From an uncultured Clostridia bacterium (lineage in GTDB: Bacteria > Bacillota > Clostridia > TANB77 > CAG-508), in assembly GCA_944387505.1 (NCBI GenBank), contig CALXFG010000001.1, forward strand, positions 81,549 through 145,548: 64,000 bases of DNA. The letters run 5' to 3'. Of the stretch, positions 11,924 to 23,073 are shown piece after piece; within the stretch, counting starts at the first letter, position 1; the number at the start of each line of letters is the position of its first letter. The notes beneath the pieces are model-generated. The model searched no databases, was not told where the DNA came from, and saw only the letters and a program-made list of their open reading frames with translations. Position numbers and translations under genes: made by a program.

Positions 11924-13852
11924 TTAAATATCTAAGTTTCTTACATATTTTGCATTTTGTTGAATAAATTCTCTTCTTGGCTCTACTTCATCTCCCATTA
12001 ATAATGTAAAAATTTCATCAGCTTTTTGAGCATCGTCCATTGTTACTTTTATAAGAATTCTTGTTTCTGGATTCATTGTTGTATCCCATAATTGTTCTGG
12101 ATTCATTTCTCCTAAACCTTTATATCTTTGTAGTGATAATGAGTCTCTTGTAATTCCTTTTTCTTCTAATTCTTTATATGCTTTTTCCAAATCGTCATCT
12201 GTATAACAATATCTATCTTCCATTCCTTTTTTAGACAATTTATATAATGGTGGTTGTGCTAAGTAAACATTTCCATTCTCAATTAAAGGTCTCATATATC
12301 TAAAGAAGAATGTTAATAATAAAGTTCTAATGTGTGCTCCATCAACATCGGCATCTGCCATGATGATAACTTTTCCATATCTAATTTTTGTAATATCAAA
12401 TTCTGCACCAATTCCAGCTCCAATGGCAACAATAACTGGATTTAATTTGTCATTTCCATATATCTTATCTGCTCTAGCTTTTTCTACATTTAACATTTTT
12501 CCCCATAAAGGTAAGATTGCTTGGAATTTTCTATCTCTACCTTGTTTTGCACTACCACCTGCAGAGTCTCCCTCAACAATATATACTTCACATTCATCTG
12601 CATTTTTACTACTACAATCAGCAAGTTTTCCTGGTAATGTAGATGTTTCTAAATTACTTTTTTTTCTTACTAATTCCCTAGCTTTTCTTGCAGCTTCTCT
12701 AGCTCTTGATGCACTAATACATTTTTCTAATATTGCTTTTGCAACTGATGGATTTTCTTCTAAAAATGTAGATAAAGCTTCATTTACCATACTTTGTACA
12801 ACACCTGTTACTTCACTATTTCCCAATTTGGTTTTTGTTTGTCCTTCAAATTGAGGTTCTTTTACTTTTACAGATACAACGGCTGTTATTCCCTCTCTTA
12901 TATCTTCACCTTGTAAATTACTATCTTTTTCTTTTAATATATTGTGGCTTCTAGCATAGTCATTCATAACTTTTGTTAAAGCTCTTTTAAATCCTTCTAA
13001 ATGTGTTCCACCTTCAATTGTATTAATATTATTTACAAACGTATATATATTTTCTGAATAACTAGATGTATATTGTATAGCAATTTCTACTGGTACTTCT
13101 CCATCTTTTTCTATATAAATTGGTGTTTTATGTAACTTTTCTTTATTTTTATTTAAATATTCTACAAAAGATACTAAACCACCTTCATAACAAAATTCAG
13201 ATTTTTTAGGTGTTTCTTCTCTTTGATCTTCTATTGTAATTTTTAAACCTTTTGTTAAAAATGCTATTTCTCTAAATCTCTTTTCTAATACTTCAAACTC
13301 ATAATCTAAACTTTCAAAAATAGTATCATCTGCTAAAAATCTAACTTTTGTTCCTGTTCCTTCTGCATCGCCTATTCTTTCCAATTTTTTAACAGTCTTT
13401 CCCTTTTCAAAAGACATTTGATAAAGTCCGCCATCTCTTTTAATCGTTACTTCTGCCCATGTAGATAATGCATTTACTACAGAAGCACCAACTCCATGTA
13501 ATCCTCCTGATACTTTATATCCACTATCTCCACCAAATTTTCCTCCAGCATGTAATACTGTATATACAGTTTCTGCTGTTGATATATGTGTCTTTGGATG
13601 TATTTCTACTGGTATTCCTCTACCATTATCTGTTACACAAATAACATTTCCTTTTTCTATAACAACATTAATTTCTGTACAATATCCTGCTAATGCTTCA
13701 TCTACACCATTATCTACAATTTCATAAACTAAATGATGAAGTCCTCTAATAGATGTACTTCCTATATACATTCCAGGTCTTTTTCTTACGGCTTCAAGTC
13801 CTTCCAATACTTGTATTTGTTCTGCGCCATACTTATGATTATATTTTTCCAT
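11924..13852 (-). CDS. gyrB: DNA gyrase subunit B
   Basis: 642-aa ORF with the GHKL ATPase N-terminus and the TOPRIM/C-terminal motifs ([32 protein letters not shown]). Confidence 0.95.
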   Translation of the reverse strand: MEKYNHKYGAEQIQVLEGLEAVRKRPGMYIGSTSIRGLHHLVYEIVDNGVDEALAGYCTEINVVIEKGNVICVTDNGRGIPVEIHPKTHISTAETVYTVLHAGGKFGGDSGYKVSGGLHGVGASVVNALSTWAEVTIKRDGGLYQMSFEKGKTVKKLERIGDAEGTGTKVRFLADDTIFESLDYEFEVLEKRFREIAFLTKGLKITIEDQREETPKKSEFCYEGGLVSFVEYLNKNKEKLHKTPIYIEKDGEVPVEIAIQYTSSYSENIYTFVNNINTIEGGTHLEGFKRALTKVMNDYARSHNILKEKDSNLQGEDIREGITAVVSVKVKEPQFEGQTKTKLGNSEVTGVVQSMVNEALSTFLEENPSVAKAILEKCISASRAREAARKARELVRKKSNLETSTLPGKLADCSSKNADECEVYIVEGDSAGGSAKQGRDRKFQAILPLWGKMLNVEKARADKIYGNDKLNPVIVAIGAGIGAEFDITKIRYGKVIIMADADVDGAHIRTLLLTFFFRYMRPLIENGNVYLAQPPLYKLSKKGMEDRYCYTDDDLEKAYKELEEKGITRDSLSLQRYKGLGEMNPEQLWDTTMNPETRILIKVTMDDAQKADEIFTLLMGDEVEPRREFIQQNAKYVRNLDI

Positions 13853-13864
13853 TTGTGTCTCCTC

Positions 13865-14947
13865 CTAAAACTCTTGATTTTCTTTTCTAACTTTTCCGTC
13901 TTTTACATTATATATTAAAATATTTTTATTTTCAAGCTTTATTTTATCTGTACAAGTGATAATTACTTGTATATTTTCAATTTTTTCTAATAAATGTTTT
14001 CTTCTTTTTTCATCTAATTCTGACATAAAATCATCTAATAATAATATTGGATACTCTCCAATTTCATCATATACGATATCTAGTTCAGCCATTCTTAAAG
14101 ATAAAATTGCCGTTCGATGTTGTCCTTGAGATCCATATGTCCCTAAATCTTTATTATTTATAGATATTGTAAAATCATCTCGATGAATTCCTTTTGTTGT
14201 ATATCCTTTTATAATATCTAACTTTCTTCTTTCTTTTAATAGTTTCCTATACTTTTCCTTATCTTCACAATCTGTTAGATACTCTATTTTTAATTCTTCT
14301 TTATTATCTGTTATTTCTTTATGGATTTTTATGATTTTTTCTTGTATCTTTTTTATAAACGCTTTTCTATACTCACATATTTTTTCTGCATATTCTATTA
14401 ATTTTTCATCCCAAATATCTAATAAATCTTCATTTTTATTTTTTTCTCTAATTTGTCTTAAATAATTATTTCTTTGTTCAATTGTTTTTAAATATAAATT
14501 TAAATTGTACATATAATTTGGTTTTAATTGACTTATCATAATATCTAAAAATCTTCTTCTATTTTGAGGTCCACCTTTTAAAATATGAATATCATCCGGG
14601 GTAAAAATAACGACATTTATGTTTCCTAATAATTCACTTAATTTTTTTAATTTAATTCCATTTAAAAATATATTTTTTTTCTTTGCTAAATCAATTTTTA
14701 TTTTTCCACATCTATCAGATTTTTCGTAAAAAATTTCTACACTCGCATTTTCTTTTCCAAGTCGTATCATCTCTATATCTTTTTTAGCCCTAAAGGATTT
14801 TCCCATACTAGATAAAAAAATACTTTCGATTATATTAGTTTTCCCTTGTGCGTTTTCACCATAAAATATATTTAAATTCTTATTTAATTCAATCTCTTCG
14901 TTTTCATAATTCCTAAAATTGTTTAAAATTATTTTACTTATCCACAT
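13865..14947 (-). CDS. recF: DNA replication and repair protein RecF
   Basis: Walker A GENAQGKTNIIESI and the C-terminal LLLDDFMSELD signature. The probable true start is the MWISKI methionine; the listed ORF extends 4 codons further upstream. Confidence 0.9.
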   Translation of the reverse strand: MWISKIILNNFRNYENEEIELNKNLNIFYGENAQGKTNIIESIFLSSMGKSFRAKKDIEMIRLGKENASVEIFYEKSDRCGKIKIDLAKKKNIFLNGIKLKKLSELLGNINVVIFTPDDIHILKGGPQNRRRFLDIMISQLKPNYMYNLNLYLKTIEQRNNYLRQIREKNKNEDLLDIWDEKLIEYAEKICEYRKAFIKKIQEKIIKIHKEITDNKEELKIEYLTDCEDKEKYRKLLKERRKLDIIKGYTTKGIHRDDFTISINNKDLGTYGSQGQHRTAILSLRMAELDIVYDEIGEYPILLLDDFMSELDEKRRKHLLEKIENIQVIITCTDKIKLENKNILIYNVKDGKVRKENQEF

Positions 14948-14959
14948 ATTCTTCTCCAT

Positions 14960-15846
14960 TTGTGTATAACTTTATTATTTTTTTATTTTCTTTTATTTCT
15001 ATTTTATTCTTTTTTTTACTATTTTTTCTAAATTTTCTTCTTATTTTTTTATATAAAATTATATTAATAAAAAATAAAAATGGCTTATTTTTGATTTTCG
15101 TGCTTTGTTTTTTTTTATTTTTTATTATTTTTTTATTATTTTTAATTTATTTTTTTTTTCTTATTTATTTTTAGATATAAAATTATATTATAAAAAAATA
15201 AAAATGGCTTATTTTTGATTTTCGTGCTTTGTTTTTTTTATAATTTTTATATTTTTTATATTTTTTATATTTTTTTATTATTTTTTATATTATTAATTTT
15301 TATAAATAATAATTAATATTTATTTTTATGAATATTAATTATCTGTTTTTGTAAAATATTTTTTATTATTTAATATTAATTTTTTAATTAATTAATTTTA
15401 TATTTATAGAATTTTTTATTAATCGAATTATTTATTTTATTTTTTAATTAATTAATTTTTTACAATTTTTTTTTATTTATTAATTAGATTTTTTCTTATA
15501 AATTTTTTGATTCTTTTCTAAGTAATTATTTTTCTATTTTTATATTTTTTTCAATATTACTTTATCTCTTTTTTTCTATTTTATTCTTTTTTTTACTATT
15601 TTTTTCTATTTTTTTCATTTTTCTATTTTTATTATTTTTTATTTTTATTCAAATTCTTTTATATTCTTTTTTTTACTATTTTATTCTTTTTTTTACTATT
15701 TTTTTCTATTTTATTTAAATTTGCTTTTTTTGTGATTTTTATTTATGTTAAAAGGTTTATCTTTTTATTTTATATTCTTTATCCACAATCTTTTCATAAA
15801 AAGTGGATAACTATAAAAAATATTAAAGGTAGAAATACTTCCACCT
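14960..15846. repeat. AT-only repeat-rich spacer between recF and dnaN
   Basis: Contains a ~124-bp tandem duplication (15049-15240) with core ATAAAATTATATTA.AAAAAATAAAAATGGCTTATTTTTGATTTTCGTGCTTTGTTTTTTT. The motif ATTTTATTCTTTTTTTTACTATTTTTTT occurs four times (about 14996, 15575, 15640, 15670). Confidence 0.6.
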
Positions 15847-16965
15847 TTAATCTTCTTTTAATCTAATTGGTAAAATCATATATACATAATCATTATTTTC
15901 CACTGATTTTATTAAACATGGAGATATACTACTTCCAAATTCTATATACACTTCTTCATCATCAATTGCTTTCAAACTATCTAAAAAATATTTTGGATTA
16001 AATCCTACTTCTAAGTTCTTTCCTTCTGTTGAAACATATAATTCTTCTTTTGCATCTCCCGTTTGGTTTGTACATAATATTGTAACTTTTCCTATATCTA
16101 CCTGTACTTTTACAGGATATTTCTTCTCTTTTTCTACTGAAGATGAAGAAATTAAACTAATTCTTTCAAAACTATCTTGTATATTATTTTTATTTACTTT
16201 TATTCTTGTTTCCCAAGTATTTGGAATAACATTTTTATAATTTAAAAATTCACCATCTAAAATTCTTGTAACAATTTTACAGTTATCCATTTCAAATAAA
16301 GCTTGATTCTTTGAAACTCCCATTTTTATTGGTTCAAAAGAATCTGTAATAATTTTATTTAATTCTATTAATGTCTTTCCTGGAATAACAGCACTAAAAT
16401 CATTACTTTGCTTTGTTAAAAAAACTTTTCTTAAAGCTAATCTAAAACCATCTACAGCTACTAAACTTAATTTATTATTTTCAATTTCGAATAAACATCC
16501 TGTAAAAATAGGTCTACTTTCTTCAGTACTTGCTGCAAAAATTGTTTTTCTAATCATATTTTTTAATACATTTTGATCAATTTCAATAGAATTTTCTACT
16601 TCTATCTTTGGTAATTCTGGAAATTCTTCAGGATTCATTGTAGCTAATTTATATAAAGAACCTTCACATTCAATTTCTAATAAATTATTTGAATTTAAAG
16701 ATATTTTTATTTCTGTATCTGGTAATTTTCTGATGATTTCACTAAACATGATAGCATTTACAACTGTACTTCCTTGATCTAATACATCACATTCCATTAC
16801 ATATTCTATTCCTATTTCTAAATCATAGGTTGTTAATTTTATTTCATTATCATTTGTTTGAATTAAAATTCCTTCTAGTATAGGCATTGTTGTCTTAGAA
16901 GCAACACCTTTTACTACGGAATTCAAAGCTTTCATAAGTTTGTCTTTATAACAAACAATCTTCAT
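15847..16965 (-). CDS. dnaN: DNA polymerase III beta sliding clamp
   Basis: 372 aa with the three-domain DnaN architecture, located immediately downstream of dnaA. Confidence 0.93.
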   Translation of the reverse strand: MKIVCYKDKLMKALNSVVKGVASKTTMPILEGILIQTNDNEIKLTTYDLEIGIEYVMECDVLDQGSTVVNAIMFSEIIRKLPDTEIKISLNSNNLLEIECEGSLYKLATMNPEEFPELPKIEVENSIEIDQNVLKNMIRKTIFAASTEESRPIFTGCLFEIENNKLSLVAVDGFRLALRKVFLTKQSNDFSAVIPGKTLIELNKIITDSFEPIKMGVSKNQALFEMDNCKIVTRILDGEFLNYKNVIPNTWETRIKVNKNNIQDSFERISLISSSSVEKEKKYPVKVQVDIGKVTILCTNQTGDAKEELYVSTEGKNLEVGFNPKYFLDSLKAIDDEEVYIEFGSSISPCLIKSVENNDYVYMILPIRLKED

Positions 16966-16989
16966 AGCGATTCCTCCTTATAAATATAT

Positions 16990-17330
16990 ATAATATTTTT
17001 AGTAGTAATAGTATTAGGCATTGTGGAAACTGTGGAAAACTATGTTGATAGTTACAATCCCTAGTAAAATTACTGTTTATAATTTAGTGGAAAACTTAGA
17101 AAATAATCCACATCCTTTTGTAACAATTGTGTAAAAATGAGTTATAAACAAATTCTTAACAGCTTATTAACAGGATGCTGTGGATATTCTTTTTAGCTAT
17201 TCCGTAAGAATAGAAAGATTCTTTTTTTAAGAACAAACTTTCTATCAAACATAAATTTTAAAAATGTATTTTCAATGTGCAAATTTCTTATTGTTTTCCA
17301 TTTATAATTATATTTTTCACACTATCCACA
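16990..17330. promoter_or_regulatory. oriC part 2: DnaA-box cluster between dnaA and dnaN
   Basis: TGTGGAAAC/TGTGGAAAA at ~17023-17040, GTGGAAAAC at ~17091, TGTGGATAT at ~17175 and TATCCACA at ~17311, with AT-rich flanks. Confidence 0.6.
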
Positions 17331-18640
17331 ATTAATTTGGTATTGCTTTTTTCTTTTACTTCTTTTTCTATTTTTTTACAAGCATGCATAACTGTAGAAT
17401 GATCTCTTCCCCCAAAGTCTACTCCTATCTGAGGAAAAGACATGTTGGCAATTTCTCTACAAAGATACATGGCAATTTGCCTTGGAAAAGCAATATCATT
17501 TGAACGTTTATTTCCTGACAAATCATCTTTGTTAATACTAAAATATTTTGCAACCGTTTCTTTTATAAAATCACAAGAAATGACTTTTTCACTTTCATAT
17601 TTGAATTCATTAATAATATTTTCTGCAAGTTCTATAGTGATTGGACTATGTATTAAAGATGCTCTTGCAACAATCTTATTAAATACACCTTCCAATTCCC
17701 TAATGTTTGAATCAATTTTATTAGCTATATCAGATAAAATAAAATCATCAATTAAAATGTTTTCGTCTTGGGCTTTCTTTCTTAAGATAGCTAAACGTGT
17801 TTCATAATCTGGGCAAGAAATATCAGCCAATAATCCCCATTCAAATCTAGATTTTAATCTATCTTCTAAAAATTGAATATCTCTTGGTGGTTTATCACTA
17901 GATATGATAATTTGTCTTCCATCTTCATATAAAGAATTAAATGTGTGGAAAAATTCTTCTTGAATACGTTCTTTTCCTGCTATAAATTGAATATCATCTA
18001 TTAAAAGAACATCTATACTTCTGTATTTATTACGAAAAACTTCGTTTTTATTATCTTTTATGGCATTTACTAATTGATTGGTGAATTTTTCTGAAGTGAC
18101 ATATAATACATTCATTTTATTATTGTTTTGTAAAATTCGATTTCCAATAGCATGCATTAAGTGTGTTTTTCCTAGTCCAACACCACCATATAAGAATAAT
18201 GGATTATAAGCTTTTCCTGGTTCATTTCCGACAGCTAAAGCTGCTGCATGAGCAAAACGGTTACTATTTCCTACAACGAAAGTTTCAAAAGTATATTTTG
18301 GATTTAATGTAGATTTATTGAGTTCTACTTCTTCAGGTGAATTAGAATTAGATTTATCTTTAATCACAACTTCATCATTTTGTTCTTCTTTTGATAAATC
18401 AATAACAGAAAAAGTCCAATCTTTATTGGTTATATAACGTAATGTATTAAAAATTAAACTTCTATATTTATTTTCTATAAAATCTTTTTGAAATTCTGAA
18501 ATTGTTGTAAAAACAATATTATCACCATCAATACTTCTTATGTCTAAAGGCAAAATCCATGTATCATAAGATATTTTTGTTACTTCTGGTTTTAATAGTT
18601 CTTTTATTTTTGCAACTAATTCTTCTTTATCGATTGCCAT
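17288..18640 (-). CDS. dnaA: Chromosomal replication initiator DnaA
   Basis: AAA+ Walker A GGVGLGKTHLM and the C-terminal DNA-binding domain. The true start is most likely the MAIDKEEL methionine at 18640. The listed 15-codon N-extension (MWITLWITL) is a read-through of two TTATCCACA DnaA boxes. Confidence 0.93.
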   Translation of the reverse strand: MAIDKEELVAKIKELLKPEVTKISYDTWILPLDIRSIDGDNIVFTTISEFQKDFIENKYRSLIFNTLRYITNKDWTFSVIDLSKEEQNDEVVIKDKSNSNSPEEVELNKSTLNPKYTFETFVVGNSNRFAHAAALAVGNEPGKAYNPLFLYGGVGLGKTHLMHAIGNRILQNNNKMNVLYVTSEKFTNQLVNAIKDNKNEVFRNKYRSIDVLLIDDIQFIAGKERIQEEFFHTFNSLYEDGRQIIISSDKPPRDIQFLEDRLKSRFEWGLLADISCPDYETRLAILRKKAQDENILIDDFILSDIANKIDSNIRELEGVFNKIVARASLIHSPITIELAENIINEFKYESEKVISCDFIKETVAKYFSINKDDLSGNKRSNDIAFPRQIAMYLCREIANMSFPQIGVDFGGRDHSTVMHACKKIEKEVKEKSNTKLIVDSVKNIIINGKQ

Positions 18641-18659
18641 TTCATCATCCCTTCTTTTT

Positions 18660-18900
18660 AAAGTTATCCACAAAGTTATCCACAAATGTTGATAATATTG
18701 TAATATTTCTGTAATGAATCCGGTTTTTTATACGAACAAAAATTTAAGTATTTTCAACAAAAAATGAATATTTTTTATGCTTTTCATATCATAACAAAAT
18801 TATATAAAATAAGTCAATACAATTGTGGAAAAAAATTTTTAATTGTGGAAAACGATATAAAAAACTGTGGAAAACTAAGGCTTTTTTACAAAAATATTAC
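18660..18900. promoter_or_regulatory. oriC part 1: DnaA-box cluster upstream of dnaA
   Basis: Two perfect TTATCCACA boxes at 18664-18672 and 18677-18685. Three TGTGGAAAA boxes at 18824-18876. Confidence 0.7.
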
Positions 18901-18975
18901 AAAAAAAGACAAAAATGTCGCATAGACAAACGAACTCAATGCGACATTTTAAAGTGAAAAAAAATGGAAATACTC

Positions 18976-19005
18976 TTGACAATTGCATTTATTTTAATGT
19001 ATAAT
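18976..19005 (+). promoter_or_regulatory. Sigma-A-type promoter of rpmH
   Basis: TTGACA at 18976-18981, an 18-nt spacer, then TATAAT at 19000-19005. Lies about 80 nt upstream of rpmH. Confidence 0.5.
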
Positions 19006-19084
19006 CGATATGCTTATTTAAAATTCAGCAAATATTTTCCAATTATGGAATTTATATATATAAAACAATAGGAGGTGCGAATAG

Positions 19085-19219
19085 ATGAAAAGAACTTATC
19101 AACCAAAAAATAGACAAGAAAAGAAAGAACACGGATTTATGAAAAGAATGAAAACAAGATCTGGACAAAATATATTAAAAGCAAGAAGAGCAAAAGGTAG
19201 AAAAAAATTGAGTGCTTAA
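19085..19219 (+). CDS. rpmH: 50S ribosomal protein L34
   Basis: Translates to [54 protein letters not shown] at 19071-19077. Too short for the supplied ORF track. Confidence 0.9.
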   Translation: MKRTYQPKNRQEKKEHGFMKRMKTRSGQNILKARRAKGRKKLSA

Positions 19220-19341
19220 TTTAATATATTAAATTTATAATTTATTTTATTGAAAAAGGCCGCAAAAAGCGAGCCTTTTAAATATAAACCAGATGATCTT
19301 TTTTCATAATCTTTGCTTTTCTGAGAAGAAAGGACTAAAAA

Positions 19342-19689
19342 ATGAAAAAAACAAAAATGTTAAAGAAAAATTATGAATTTAAAAATGTTTTAAACAAAGG
19401 TAAATATTATTCAGGAAAATATATTGCAATTTTTGTGAAAAAGAATAATAAAAATATTAATTTTTTAGGAATTGCTATCAGTTCTAAATTAGGAAAAGCA
19501 GTCAAAAGAAACTATGTAAAAAGAATTATAAGAGAAAATTATAAACAAATAGAAGAACACATAAGTACAGGATATGATATTGTTTTTATTTGGAAAAAGC
19601 AACAAGAGATAGGACAAGCTTGCTATGATTATGTGAAAAAAGATATTCAAAAATTATTTAAGGATGCAAAATTGTTTTTAGAGGGATAG
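19342..19689 (+). CDS. rnpA: Ribonuclease P protein component
   Basis: 115-aa basic protein with the RnpA motif ([12 protein letters not shown]), in the conserved position after rpmH. Confidence 0.9.
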   Translation: MKKTKMLKKNYEFKNVLNKGKYYSGKYIAIFVKKNNKNINFLGIAISSKLGKAVKRNYVKRIIRENYKQIEEHISTGYDIVFIWKKQQEIGQACYDYVKKDIQKLFKDAKLFLEG

Positions 19690-19690
19690 T

Positions 19691-19909
19691 ATGAAAAAAA
19701 TACTTATTTTCTTAATTGATTTTTATCAAAAACACATTTCATACTGGTTAGAACAGAAAAATATTAAATGTAAATATTATCCTACGTGTTCAGAATATGC
19801 AAAGCAAGCAATAGAAAAATATGGTACAATAAAAGGTGGCTTTCTTGCAGTAAGAAGGATTCTCAAGTGTAATCCTTTCTCAAAAGGTGGATATGATCCA
19901 TTAAAGTAA
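19691..19909 (+). CDS. yidD: Membrane protein insertion efficiency factor YidD
   Basis: 72 aa with the conserved YYPTCSEYA...KGG.DP motif. Confidence 0.85.
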   Translation: MKKILIFLIDFYQKHISYWLEQKNIKCKYYPTCSEYAKQAIEKYGTIKGGFLAVRRILKCNPFSKGGYDPLK

Positions 19910-19926
19910 GTCTAGGAGGAAGCAGA

Positions 19927-20826
19927 ATGTTTCAATTTTTTGCAAATATTTTTGGCTATTTATTAGCTTTTATATATGGTTTTATAAATAATTATGGGTT
20001 AGCCATTATTGTTTTTACCATATTCATAAAGATTTTATTTATTCCATTTTCGGTTAAACAGCAAAGGACAATGAAGAAAACAGCTAAAATTCAGGAACAA
20101 CTAAAAGTTATTCAATTTAAATATAAAAATAATCCTGAAAAAATGAATCAAGAAATGATGGCTTTATATAAAACTGAAAAGATGAGTCCGTTTAGTGGTT
20201 GTTTAACAGCCATTATACAAATTATTCTTTTATTCTCAATTTTCTATTTAGTAAGATCACCATTAACATATATGCAAAATATACCTGAAGAGAATATGAA
20301 TAATTATATTACTCAATTACAGGAAAGTGGTAAAGCCGTAAGCACAGCTTATCCAGAAATTGATATTATTAGAGAATACGAATTCTTAAAAGAAAAAAAT
20401 CCAGAAGATGAATATATTGATAGAGCAAACCTAGAAATGAATTTCTTAGGATTAGACTTAAGTAAAGTACCACAACAAAACTTAACGGATTTCACGGTAT
20501 ATATTATTCCGGCATTGTATATTGCTTCTTCTTTTATATCAATAAAATTATCAACATCAATGCAACAAAAGAATCAAAAAAAAGCAAAAGAAAGTGTTCC
20601 AATAGACGGAACAACAGGAAAAGAATTAGTCCCAGAAGAAGAGAAGAATGAAATGGATGCTGTAATGCAAACAAATAAAATGATGTCATGGTTTATGCCA
20701 TTAATGTCTGTATCTGTTGCAATGATTGCACCATTAGGATTGGCTTTATATTGGTTAACAAATAATATTTTGATGATTATGGAAAGATTGATTTTAAATA
20801 AAGTAATTAAAACTGAGGAGGAATAG
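19927..20826 (+). CDS. yidC: Membrane protein insertase YidC/OxaA/SpoIIIJ
   Basis: 299-aa polytopic protein in the conserved rnpA-yidD-yidC-jag order. Confidence 0.85.
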   Translation: MFQFFANIFGYLLAFIYGFINNYGLAIIVFTIFIKILFIPFSVKQQRTMKKTAKIQEQLKVIQFKYKNNPEKMNQEMMALYKTEKMSPFSGCLTAIIQIILLFSIFYLVRSPLTYMQNIPEENMNNYITQLQESGKAVSTAYPEIDIIREYEFLKEKNPEDEYIDRANLEMNFLGLDLSKVPQQNLTDFTVYIIPALYIASSFISIKLSTSMQQKNQKKAKESVPIDGTTGKELVPEEEKNEMDAVMQTNKMMSWFMPLMSVSVAMIAPLGLALYWLTNNILMIMERLILNKVIKTEEE

Positions 20827-20830
20827 CAAG

Positions 20831-21529
20831 ATGGAAAAAACAATTATTTCAGAAGGAAGAACGACAAAAGAAGCAATAGAAAATGGACTAAAACAATTAA
20901 GAGTTTCAAAAGATAAAGTAGAAATAAAAGTATTAGAAAATGAAGAAAAAAGAAGCTTTTTTAGTATTTTAGCACCAAGAGTTGTAAAAGTAGAGATGAC
21001 ATTAAAAGAAGAAAAAGCAGACAAGAAAGAAATAAAACCTAAAAAAATCATTGAATTATCTGAAGAAGAACAAGAAAAAGCAGAAGAAAATGTTAGAACT
21101 TTTATGGAAGAAATCAAAAAAGAATTACCTGAAAATACAACTTATGAAATTCATAAGGACAAAACAGGGTTAAATGTTGAAATATCAAATGAAAACTTAG
21201 GCTTTCTAATCGGATATAGGGGAGAGACATTATATGCTTTCCAAAATATTTTATCCGCAATTGCAGGCAAAAAAATAGATAAAAAAGTTAGAGTGATTTT
21301 AGATATCGAAGGATATAAAGCTAAAAGAGAAAAAACATTGGAAGAACTTGCAGAAAAGGTAGCAAAGACAGTAATAAAAACAAGAAAACCAGTTAAATTA
21401 GAACCTATGCAAGCATATGAAAGAAAAATTATTCATAGTAAATTACAACAAAATGATAAAGTACAGACAGAAAGTATAGGGGAAGAGCCTAATAGAAGAA
21501 TAGTGATTTCTTTAAAAAAAACAAAATAA
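20831..21529 (+). CDS. jag: Jag/KhpB RNA-binding protein (KH and R3H domains)
   Basis: 232 aa, located downstream of yidC. C-terminal R3H-like segment (ERKIIHSKLQ). Confidence 0.8.
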   Translation: MEKTIISEGRTTKEAIENGLKQLRVSKDKVEIKVLENEEKRSFFSILAPRVVKVEMTLKEEKADKKEIKPKKIIELSEEEQEKAEENVRTFMEEIKKELPENTTYEIHKDKTGLNVEISNENLGFLIGYRGETLYAFQNILSAIAGKKIDKKVRVILDIEGYKAKREKTLEELAEKVAKTVIKTRKPVKLEPMQAYERKIIHSKLQQNDKVQTESIGEEPNRRIVISLKKTK

Positions 21530-21701
21530 AATAAAAATTTGAGGTCAAAGGTCAAATTTTATACGGAATGTGTATAAATTGCCTATGACCTCATTTTTTG
21601 GCTTTTTGTAACGACAAAAACAGATAAATTTTTCATAAGTATTTTAAAAATTGACATAATGTGATATAATCATGATTGATAAAAAAAGAGAGGTGAATTT
21701 C

Positions 21702-23073
21702 ATGAGTACAATTGCTTCCATATCTACGGCTCCTCGGAATTGGGGGAATCGGGATTATTAGAATGAGTGGAAAAAATTGCTTTGAAATATTAGAAAAAAT
21801 ATTTCAACCAAAGAAACCAGAAAACATAGAAGATATAAAAGGATATACTATGAAATATGGACATATTATAGAAAATGAGAAAATAATTGATGAGGTATTG
21901 GTTTCTTATTTTAAAGAACCAATGAGCTACACAACAGAGAATATGTGCGAAATTAATTCACATGGTGGTAATATTGTCATGAAAAAAATATTAGAATTGT
22001 GCTTGAAGAATGGAGCACAACTAGCAGAACCTGGAGAATTTACCAAAAGGGCTTTTTTAAATGGTAGAATTGATTTAACACAGGCGGAATCTGTTATTGA
22101 TGTCATAAATGCTAAAAGTGAAAAGGAAGTACAAGCAGGCATCAAACAATTAGAAGGTGGCTTATCTAAAGAAATTTCTACTATTAAACAAGAAATATTA
22201 GATGTTATGGTGAATATAGAAGTAGCTATTGATTATCCAGAATATGATGTCGAAGAAGTTACCAATAATGAAATTATGAATATGTTAAATCGTGTAGAAA
22301 TCAAGCTAAATAAACTAGAAAAAAGTTTTGACAATGGAAAAATATTAAAAGAAGGAATAAAAACAGCGATCATAGGAAAACCAAATGCGGGAAAATCTTC
22401 ACTATTAAATAGGATTTTAAAAGAGGATAGGGCAATTGTAACCGAATTTGAAGGAACAACAAGAGATACCATAGAAGAATTTGTAAACATTAATGGAATT
22501 CCTTTAAAACTAATTGATACAGCAGGCATTAGAAATGCAAAAGATGAAGTCGAAAAGATAGGAATTCATAAATCAAAAGAAATCGCTAAAAATGCAGACT
22601 TAATTATTGCTATTTTTGATGCATCTAAGCATCTATCAAAAGAAGATAAAGAAATTTTAGAGATTATAAAAGGCAAAAAAGTTATCATTTTACTAAATAA
22701 AATAGATTTACAGCAAAAATTACATAAAGAAGATAAAGATTTTCAAGAGGTGACAGATAGTATTTTAGAAATATCTGCACTAAATAATATTGGGATTGAT
22801 GATGTATATGCAGAAATTACAAAATTATTTGAAATTAATGAGATTAATATAGATAATGATTTGGTTATTACAAATATTAGACATAAAAATTTGATTCATC
22901 AAGCAATTGAAAGTATTCAAAAAACAAAAGAAACCATACAAGAAAAAATGCCAATTGATATTATTGCTGTTTATATAAAACAAATTTTGGAAGATTTAGG
23001 AAATATTACAGGAGAATTTGTAACAGAAGATATTATTAATGAAATTTTTTCAAAGTTCTGTTTAGGAAAATAA
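21702..23073 (+). CDS. mnmE: tRNA modification GTPase MnmE, apparent N-terminal frameshift
   Basis: G-domain motifs (GKPNAGKSSLLN, DTAG) and the C-terminal CxGK. ATG at 21702 with an AGAGGTGA RBS encodes the conserved MSTIASISTAP but hits a stop after 20 codons. The conserved GIGGIGIIRMSG continues in the +1 frame, which the ORF track starts at TTG 21712. Confidence 0.8.

Noticed and set aside
14962-15174. 70-aa Phe/Leu/Ile-only ORF in the recF-dnaN spacer
   Set aside because: Translation of T-rich repeat DNA, with no RBS and pure low complexity. The same applies to 8399-8584, 9126-9572, 9732-9929 and 11447-11647.
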